61,267 bases of DNA, from assembly GCA_964462115.1 (NCBI GenBank), contig CAYWWA010000001.1:25795-87061 (forward strand), written 5' to 3'. Below, in pieces: positions 54,478 to 61,267 of this stretch; the stretch's first letter is position 1; each line of letters starts with the position of its first letter. Both the position numbers and the translations under genes were made by a program. This stretch comes from an uncultured Candidatus Saccharibacteria bacterium. GTDB lineage: Bacteria > Patescibacteriota > Minisyncoccia > Phycocordibacterales > CAIZIN01. The notes beneath the pieces were generated by a model, which saw only the letters and a program-made list of their open reading frames with translations, was not told the origin of the DNA and made no database searches.

Positions 54478-56991
54478 TTACTGCCCGTGACACTTTTTGT
54501 ATTTCTTACCACTACCACAAGGACAAGGGTCGTTACGACCAACCTTTTCCCCACCAGCGGTATGACTGTAGGGCTTAGCTACTGCGGTTTTTTGTGTGGT
54601 TTCGGCGGTAATTTCTTTAGCTCGCTTTACTGTCTCTTTCATCTGTTCCTCTTCTCGTTTTAATTCTTCGTTAGCTTTAATATTGAGGTGGGGTAAAATT
54701 TTAATTACCCGATCAACGATATTGCCCTCTAATTCTTTAAACAAACGCAAAGATTCTTTCTTGTATTCAACCAACGGATCGCGCTGGCCGTAGGCTCGCA
54801 GGTTAACCGAGCTGCGTAAATAGTCCATGGTTTCCAAATGATCTACCCATAAAGTATCGATCGTTTGTAATAATAAATGTCGCACCACCTGCCAAAAAAT
54901 TTCAGCTGATAATTCTTTTTGTTTCGTTAAAATTGCCGCCTTTTCTTCTTCGGTCGCTAGCAACAAAATTGCTTCCAATTCCTGTTGCAAAGCTGAAAGT
55001 TCATTTAATAAAATCCCCCGTCTCCGTTCATAAATTGAACTGCGTTGCTTGTTTAAGACATCGTCAAATTGTAAAACATGTTTACGAGCGTCAAAATTAA
55101 ATCCTTCAATCCGAGTTTGAGCATTTTCCAAACCACGAGTAATCATTTTATTTTCAATCGCTTCTTCCTCGGGAATACCTAATTTCCCCATCATATTTTT
55201 AATCCCATCAGAGGCAAAAACTCGCATCAGATGATCTTCCAACGACACCATAAATTGAGTTTCGCCCGGATCGCCCTGACGACCAGCTCGCCCTCGCAAC
55301 TGGTTATCAATCCGACGAGCGTCGTGACGTTCAGTGCCCATCACAAATAAACCACCCAAGCTTTTAACCTCCTCATATCTTTCTTTGTCAAATGGCACAC
55401 CACCTAATTTGATATCCACTCCACGACCAGCCATGTTGGTCGCAATAGTTACCGCTCCTTTTAATCCAGCATTAGCTACAATTTCACCTTCTCGTTCATG
55501 GTTCTTGGCGTTGAGCAAAGTGTGTTTAACCCCCTCATGATCTAAAAATTCTGATAGCAATTCATTTTTTTCTACTGAGACAGTTCCCACTAAAACTGGC
55601 TGACCTTTCTTTTGTAAGTCCTTAATTTTTTTAGCTACCGCCTTGAACTTACCTAATTCAGTTTGATAAATTAAATCGTTATAATCTTTACGAGCAATCA
55701 CCTTGTTGGTTGGCACAGTAATTACTTCCAAGCCATAAGTTTTTAAAAATTCTTCACTGGAAGTTTTAGCGGTTCCAGTCATACCTCCCAACTTCTGATA
55801 CATTCTAAAATAGTTTTGATAAGTAATAGAGGCAAAAGTGCGAGCCTCCTTTTGTACATTTACTCCCTCCTTAGCTTCTACCGCTTGGTGTAAACCATCT
55901 GACCAACGACGTCCAGGTTGTTTACGCCCTGTAGACTCATCTACAATTATCACTTGATTATTATCCACCACGTATTCGCGATCTTTCAAAAATAACGCCT
56001 TAGCCCGCACCGCAGTTTCCAGGTGATGCACATACTTCATCCCTTTTTCGGTATAAATATTATCCACTCCGAGTAAGTTTTCGGCGTGAGTAATACCGTC
56101 TTGAGTTAATTGAACAGCTTTCATTTTCTCATCCACTGTATAATCTTTTTCTGCTTCCAGCTGCCGAGCAATGCCAGCAAAAGTAGTGTATAGATTTTCG
56201 CTATCGGTAGTTGGCGCGGAAATAATCAACGGGGTTCTAGCTTCATCAATCAAAATTGAGTCAATCTCATCTACAATGGCGTAATGTAATTCTCGTTGAC
56301 GTAAATTATCAGGGTTATATTCAATATTGTCGCGCAAATAGTCAAAACCAAACTCTGAGTTGGTGCCATAAGTAATATCAGCTTGATAGGCTTCCTTACG
56401 AGAACAAGGACGCAAAAATTCATACTTAATTTTATAACTTTCTTCCTCGGCTTCATCTTTTCTTTCGGTTTCAGTTTCGGATTCTACTTTTTTAAACATT
56501 GACGGATCATACAAAAAAGATTCTTGGTTATTGATTACCCCCACCGACAATCCTAACAGATTATAAATTCGCCCCATCCATACAGCGTCACGACGAGCTA
56601 AATAATCGTTTACCGTAACTATGTGCACCCCTCTTCCTCCCAAAGCATTTAAGACCACCGGCAAGGTGGCTACTAAAGTCTTCCCCTCTCCAGTTCGCAT
56701 CTCAGCAATTTTGCCATCGTTGATAATCATGGCCCCCACCAACTGGACATCGTAGTGACGCTCGCCAGAAATTCGCCGTGAAGCTTCACGGGTTAAGGCA
56801 AAAGTCTCCGATAAAATATCGTCCAAAGTCTTGCCGTTCTTTAATTGCGCTTTAAGTTCTGTCGCTTTAGTTTTTAATTGCTCATCGCTTAGACTGAGCA
56901 GATTTTTTTCTAAACCGCCAATTTGCTCGGCAATAGCCGTGTATTTCTTGATTATCCTTTGCTCGGTTGATAAGAATAAATTTCCAAACAT
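54478..56991 (-). CDS. secA: Preprotein translocase ATPase SecA
   Basis: [12 protein letters not shown] Walker A, DEID/DEAR box, and a C-terminal zinc finger [24 protein letters not shown]7-ATG favours the start at MFGNLF (56991) over 57000. Confidence 0.97.
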   Translation of the reverse strand: MFGNLFLSTEQRIIKKYTAIAEQIGGLEKNLLSLSDEQLKTKATELKAQLKNGKTLDDILSETFALTREASRRISGERHYDVQLVGAMIINDGKIAEMRTGEGKTLVATLPVVLNALGGRGVHIVTVNDYLARRDAVWMGRIYNLLGLSVGVINNQESFLYDPSMFKKVESETETERKDEAEEESYKIKYEFLRPCSRKEAYQADITYGTNSEFGFDYLRDNIEYNPDNLRQRELHYAIVDEIDSILIDEARTPLIISAPTTDSENLYTTFAGIARQLEAEKDYTVDEKMKAVQLTQDGITHAENLLGVDNIYTEKGMKYVHHLETAVRAKALFLKDREYVVDNNQVIIVDESTGRKQPGRRWSDGLHQAVEAKEGVNVQKEARTFASITYQNYFRMYQKLGGMTGTAKTSSEEFLKTYGLEVITVPTNKVIARKDYNDLIYQTELGKFKAVAKKIKDLQKKGQPVLVGTVSVEKNELLSEFLDHEGVKHTLLNAKNHEREGEIVANAGLKGAVTIATNMAGRGVDIKLGGVPFDKERYEEVKSLGGLFVMGTERHDARRIDNQLRGRAGRQGDPGETQFMVSLEDHLMRVFASDGIKNMMGKLGIPEEEAIENKMITRGLENAQTRIEGFNFDARKHVLQFDDVLNKQRSSIYERRRGILLNELSALQQELEAILLLATEEEKAAILTKQKELSAEIFWQVVRHLLLQTIDTLWVDHLETMDYLRSSVNLRAYGQRDPLVEYKKESLRLFKELEGNIVDRVIKILPHLNIKANEELKREEEQMKETVKRAKEITAETTQKTAVAKPYSHTAGGEKVGRNDPCPCGSGKKYKKCHGQ

Positions 56992-57101
56992 GCTGACCAT
57001 TATAACATGTTTTGTAAAAAAGTTAGCAGTTTAACTTTTGATAAAATCTTAAAAAGATATTATAAATCATTCAGATTTTTCTGTTAAACATCAGCCAAAA
57101 C

Positions 57102-57332
57102 TTATCTCCTCGCTTTGAGTAGAAAAATTTTACTGGGTGTTTTTTGGCCTTTAATTAACTGCACTGAAAAACTAGGGCAATTTTGTCTGATTAGTTCTAA
57201 CAGGCGTTGGTTAGCCAGATTTTGCTCCGCAGGTTCTTTAATTGATACCTGCCAGTGTGTTTCATCCTTTTTAATAATTTTCTCGCTTTTTTGAGCAGTC
57301 TTGACCTTAAGATGTAAATACAATTCAGTCAT
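57102..57332 (-). CDS. DUF167/YggU-family small protein
   Basis: 76 aa. The pattern LKVKTAQKSEKI...PAEQNLANQRLLELI...V.LIKGQKTPSKIF matches YggU-like proteins. Confidence 0.6.
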   Translation of the reverse strand: MTELYLHLKVKTAQKSEKIIKKDETHWQVSIKEPAEQNLANQRLLELIRQNCPSFSVQLIKGQKTPSKIFLLKARR

Positions 57333-57336
57333 CTAA

Positions 57337-59001
57337 TTACTGGCAACTATTGATATCAATCACAAAAGGATCTAAGGTATAAAAATTACCACCGATATTA
57401 TATCTATAAGTATAATAGTATCTTAAACCACCCTGCATCATAAGTAAGGCGTTCATGTCCCCGCATAAAATATCAACAAAACTTTCGGACAAACTATTCT
57501 TAACATTTGTTTTTAATTCATTGGTCACTAGCACATTCACCGCGGAAGCTTCAACGCTATCTGTAAAATAATGAAACCCATCACATTCTACTTTAACTTC
57601 AGTTATTCTAGTGGTTTCGTTAGCGTATTCTCCAAGATTTTTATTTATCTCCTCAGTTTCTTGAGCGATTAAGATTTTACCCTCTTCACTGATTACATTA
57701 CACCTTTCTCCCAAAGAATTTAGTTCATTACTTTTTTCGATTACTGACCCAGCTGATTGGTTTTGTGGCGAGGCAGTAGTATTTACTATATTGTCACCCA
57801 CACTCTGGCCAATATCCAAAAACATCTCCGACAAGACTGGCAATTTAGCAAATATTTCTCCAAGCTGTTGGCTGGATAGAGTTGATAAATCTGTTGAATT
57901 CTTTAAATCTATTGTGCTAAACTTACCAGCTCTTTGAGCTGTTGACTTAAGATCTATCACCAAGTCTTCACTGCCTAATTCAATTCTGATACTTGATTTA
58001 TCATTTGTATATGCCTTAATTAAAAATGGGAAGTTTCTGATATCGGCCTCAAAATCAAAGTTTAATTCAGTAAGATCAGTGGACCAAATTGATAGGGTTA
58101 GTGAGCTATCAGCTGAGTTAAACACTTCCTCAAAATCAGCTACTAATTCCGCACCAACAATTCTACCAGACACAACAAATACATTCAGGTTTACATAATC
58201 GATAAATTGAGGATTGATCAACTCCAAGCTTTCAAAAACCTCTTCAGTCAGAAGATCTTCAAGTTCTGCTTTGGAGAAAGCAACTTTATAAATCTGTGCC
58301 TGTTTACCCTTGATAGTTTTTGTTTCACCTTCTTTTAAAACAAAATCTTCTTCAGTTAAAATAGCTAATATTTCTTCTTTAATCTCTTTAAGCTCAGCTG
58401 ATTTTAAATCAAACGAGTCTTGTTGCTCTTGCAATGTATCATAAAAAATATCTAAGAATTGCGTAAAACTATCTTGAGGGATGTTAAAATAATAATCATA
58501 ACCTAAATTACTTTCAGTAATTTGAATTTGATTATTTTTCATCTTTAATAAAGCATTGATTTTCTTGTTTGAATCATTATCAAAAACTAGATTTAAGGCC
58601 ACTTGAGATTTTAGGTCGTCTTTCTTAGCTATATCAACATCTAGTTGCAAATCAGCTTTTAAGTTACTAAAGTATTTTTTTTGAGCGGTAGTTTGGTAAA
58701 AATCATCAGATAAAGATATGGTGGCATCAATTTTAACGCTACTTGCATCATTATTTCTAGCATAGTCATTATAACTGCTAATATAGGCGACCACCAAATC
58801 GGCAAACTGTTCAGGTAGTGGTTTTTTGACCAAAGCAACGGAAAACAGACCGCCGACAACAATCAAAATTATCAGTATAGTAATCACTAAACCTGTTTTA
58901 CCTTTTTTAGGTTTAACAGAAGTATTATCTTGGTTAAGATTATTATTAAAAGTTGTTTGGTTGTTATTTGACTCAACACCAATATTATTGTTAGGTTCCA
59001 T
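57337..59001 (-). CDS. Membrane-anchored hypothetical protein
   Basis: 554 aa with an N/Q-rich N-terminus, a single TM (LVITILIILIVVGGLFSVALV), and a large extracytoplasmic domain. Confidence 0.6.
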   Translation of the reverse strand: MEPNNNIGVESNNNQTTFNNNLNQDNTSVKPKKGKTGLVITILIILIVVGGLFSVALVKKPLPEQFADLVVAYISSYNDYARNNDASSVKIDATISLSDDFYQTTAQKKYFSNLKADLQLDVDIAKKDDLKSQVALNLVFDNDSNKKINALLKMKNNQIQITESNLGYDYYFNIPQDSFTQFLDIFYDTLQEQQDSFDLKSAELKEIKEEILAILTEEDFVLKEGETKTIKGKQAQIYKVAFSKAELEDLLTEEVFESLELINPQFIDYVNLNVFVVSGRIVGAELVADFEEVFNSADSSLTLSIWSTDLTELNFDFEADIRNFPFLIKAYTNDKSSIRIELGSEDLVIDLKSTAQRAGKFSTIDLKNSTDLSTLSSQQLGEIFAKLPVLSEMFLDIGQSVGDNIVNTTASPQNQSAGSVIEKSNELNSLGERCNVISEEGKILIAQETEEINKNLGEYANETTRITEVKVECDGFHYFTDSVEASAVNVLVTNELKTNVKNSLSESFVDILCGDMNALLMMQGGLRYYYTYRYNIGGNFYTLDPFVIDINSCQ

Positions 59002-59075
59002 GTTAAAAGAATAGCATATTTAACCAAATACAGCCATATCAGATGTAGATAATATCTAATTTTTAAATTTTATTT

Positions 59076-59486
59076 TTATTGCTCTTTTTTCTCAGCTAAA
59101 ATTTTCGGCACATAAATCCATAAAACTATTACCGCACCTATAATATCATCAAACAAATCTTTAATGGTGTCAATCACCTGTTCAGTGGTGTTGCGATTGC
59201 CAGTTAAGCCAAAAACATATTCCCAAACCTCCCACAAAACAGCCACTATTAACATGGAAAGCAGTGTTCCCCACCAAAGCCATTTTTTAGTTCGCGGGAT
59301 TTTAAACCATCCTGACAACCACCAACCCCATAGAGCAATTAGAGCAATCAAAGCACCACCCAAAATATGCATGGGAATATCATACCACCGCCAAATAAAA
59401 TAAAGAGAAAAATACGAAGCAAGCACATGTGCTAAACCAATAACGACTGCACCAAATAAAATATGCCAAATTACTTTTTGTCTCAT
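59076..59486 (-). CDS. Small integral membrane protein (4 predicted TM helices)
   Basis: 136 aa, Trp-rich and hydrophobic. Family not recognised. Confidence 0.55.
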   Translation of the reverse strand: MRQKVIWHILFGAVVIGLAHVLASYFSLYFIWRWYDIPMHILGGALIALIALWGWWLSGWFKIPRTKKWLWWGTLLSMLIVAVLWEVWEYVFGLTGNRNTTEQVIDTIKDLFDDIIGAVIVLWIYVPKILAEKKEQ

Positions 59487-59572
59487 TTAATACAATGATA
59501 ACATAATTTATTATTATTTTACATTTTTTAACGAGTCCGTTCTAGGAATAAAGTGGCTTACTTTAACAGGGT

Positions 59573-60385
59573 TTATTTTAAAAAACCATATTCTGCACAG
59601 CGCTGCGGAGTTATTTTTATTTCAACACTTTCCCCTATTTCAGAAGTATAAACAAAATAATAATTGACACCTGCCTCATATGTGCCAGAAGAATCTAAGT
59701 AAAGTGTTTTACATTCTTCAAGCAGGTTTTTAGTCCAGAGGGCAAGGTCTTGATCATCTATGCCAAAATACGGTTTAAAATTTTTGCGGACAGCCTTAAT
59801 CCCATCTTCCATAAACTCAAATTGAGCCTTTCTAACTTCCGTGGTGTCACGATTTTCATCATCTTTTTTTATTTGATTCACCACATCTAATCTAATCTTA
59901 TTTTCCGCCTCTGTTAATGCTGGGTCTGGGTAACTATCTACATAGTTATAAACTAATTTCTTAGGACTATAATTACAAACATTAGCATCTAAAATAAATT
60001 CATATGTAAAATTTTTATAATTGATCTCATAATGCTGAACAACACCATAATTAAAATCAGTTAAGACCCAATCCACCTCACAATACTTGTTTAATACCTC
60101 TTGATAATGATCTTGTTCAATATTAGATGAAACAGCTTCGTCAAAGGTGTAAATAGTCTTATAACCATCTTCGGTTTTTGCTACACCACTAATCCCAAGC
60201 TCCTTATTGGCTTCTTTTTTGATTTCATTTTTTAACTCTTCTACCCTTAGCTCCACTAGCCCATCTCTAAAAATTTTCTGTTCATCTGACAAAACAATTT
60301 TTGAGGTATTATTACTTGGATCATCCACAAGCTCAGTGCTAACAAATTTATCTCCCCAAAAAAACATAACCAGTAATACTACCAC
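59573..60385 (-). CDS. Hypothetical membrane-anchored protein
   Basis: 270 aa with a short hydrophobic N-terminus. It overlaps the end of the upstream DUF805 gene, so the start is uncertain (60385 or 60367). Confidence 0.5.
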   Translation of the reverse strand: MVVLLVMFFWGDKFVSTELVDDPSNNTSKIVLSDEQKIFRDGLVELRVEELKNEIKKEANKELGISGVAKTEDGYKTIYTFDEAVSSNIEQDHYQEVLNKYCEVDWVLTDFNYGVVQHYEINYKNFTYEFILDANVCNYSPKKLVYNYVDSYPDPALTEAENKIRLDVVNQIKKDDENRDTTEVRKAQFEFMEDGIKAVRKNFKPYFGIDDQDLALWTKNLLEECKTLYLDSSGTYEAGVNYYFVYTSEIGESVEIKITPQRCAEYGFLK

Positions 60386-60932
60386 TATAAAATCCGTATG
60401 TAATTAAGCAACCGACATAAATGATTACTGCAACCACAAAATAAACAATCCAAAACTTCGGCTCACGGTTTTTTTCGTTGTATAACGCTACTCCGTATTT
60501 ATTGTCTGTGTCACTTTGACAAAGTGTAGCGACTAGAAAAGTAATCAAGGTCCAAATAACACACCCAACTATTACTAACACAAATGTATTTGAATCAGTA
60601 TCAAAAAAAGCTAGCATTGCAATACAGGCTACAAAAATAGACGCCAAAGGAATTATCAACCACCATTTAGAAATTTTTGCATCAGCAATTCTTTTCCAAA
60701 AAAGAAAGAAGCTAAAAATTCCAGCAACATAAAATGTGTATTTGATAATTTGCAAAAAGATATTATCAGCAGTTTCTTGGAAAGGAACTAAAATATAGAT
60801 AACAGCTACTATCAGCACAATAATTAAATACCACATCTGAAAAGCCCAATACTCTGTTCTAGTAACACGTTTATGTTTAGGATTGAAAGCATCCATGATG
60901 CTGTTTAAGAAATATTTAAAAGATTTAATCAT
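60348..60932 (-). CDS. DUF805-family inner membrane protein
   Basis: RVTRTEYWAFQMWYLIIVLIV matches the DUF805 N-terminal signature (R..R.EYW.F). Multiple TMs. Confidence 0.65.
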   Translation of the reverse strand: MIKSFKYFLNSIMDAFNPKHKRVTRTEYWAFQMWYLIIVLIVAVIYILVPFQETADNIFLQIIKYTFYVAGIFSFFLFWKRIADAKISKWWLIIPLASIFVACIAMLAFFDTDSNTFVLVIVGCVIWTLITFLVATLCQSDTDNKYGVALYNEKNREPKFWIVYFVVAVIIYVGCLITYGFYSGSITGYVFLGR

Positions 60933-61022
60933 TGTTTAGTTTACCATTGATTATAACAGTTAATTTAGTTAACGTATATAGATACTGTTTACAATCTTTC
61001 AATGAAACAATAATCAAGAAAA

Positions 61023-61095
61023 ATAAACGTTAGAAAAAAAGAAAAAAGAAAGCAAGTTTGTTGCTTTCTTTTAATTTTATTCTTTGTTCTGGCGC
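61023..61095. repeat. Repeat copy 1 (terminator-like hairpin gaaagcaa/ttgctttc plus the ...ttctggcgcc tail)
   Basis: Matches 61201-61267 except for one T/C difference and a 6-nt A-rich indel. Confidence 0.85.
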
Positions 61096-61200
61096 CTAGC
61101 TACTTGCCACAGATAAAATTTTTGTCGTCACAAAAATTTTTCCGCGACCCCGCCTCGTTTAATTTTTTTGCTAAAAAATTAAACTCCGGCCGAAAGTAGC

Positions 61201-61267
61201 TAAACGTCAGAAAAAAAAGAAAGCAAGTTTGTTGCTTTCTTTTAATTTTATTCTTTGTTCTGGCGCC
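61201..61267. repeat. Repeat copy 2 (truncated by the window end), 178 bp downstream of copy 1
   Basis: taaacgtcagaaaaaaaagaaagcaagtttgttgctttcttttaattttattctttgttctggcgcc. Confidence 0.85.

Noticed and set aside
61023-61267. CRISPR array.
   Set aside because: Only two copies are visible, the period is 178 bp, and the unit is a terminator-like hairpin with A and T runs. No cas genes lie in the window.
1-61267. Alternative genetic code (UGA recoding as in some CPR lineages).
   Set aside because: All conserved genes (gyrA, gyrB, secA, valS, rnr) are full-length and uninterrupted under the standard code, and TGA is not required in-frame anywhere I checked.

Overview
This is an AT-rich, gene-dense bacterial chromosome segment read under the standard code. 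I call about 55 CDS (mostly on the minus strand) and 2 tRNAs (Thr-UGU, Val-GAC). I found no rRNA, CRISPR array, transposase or integrase. The housekeeping content is gyrB-gyrA, secA, valS, proS, rnr, ychF, HU, htpX, mutM, murD, a class B PBP and a VanY-type peptidase. Together with a pilB/pilT type IV pilus block and many membrane-anchored orphan proteins, this fits a small-genome Patescibacteria/CPR-like organism; that placement is inference only. The observations most worth follow-up are these. (1) A MoxR/AAA_5-type ATPase lies next to an HExxH metallopeptidase-like ORF and a vWA ORF. The last two are joined by a canonical -1 slippery heptamer (T_TTA_AAT) plus a downstream 9-bp stem. (2) A roughly 125-aa C-terminal module of that ATPase recurs as a free-standing, visibly GC-richer, Shine-Dalgarno (SD)-led orphan gene 31 kb away. 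(3) A five-gene envelope operon includes a two-TM protein with an Rx4H HEPN-like cytoplasmic tail and two secreted paralogs sharing a GNIGAEK-x-CDS-x-G-xx-C motif. (4) Three orphan promoter-to-terminator units without ORFs are candidate structured sRNAs. One of them carries a perfect SD plus a 5-codon mini-ORF directly upstream of gyrA. (5) A TGnTATAAT-N6-10-ATG architecture is pervasive and implies leaderless mRNAs and near-leaderless tRNAs. (6) There is a duplicated tRNA-Thr 3' end that looks like an att scar. (7) There is a 178-bp-period repeat with a three-way-junction spacer at the right edge. All family assignments come from motif recognition by eye and need HMM or structure searches to confirm.
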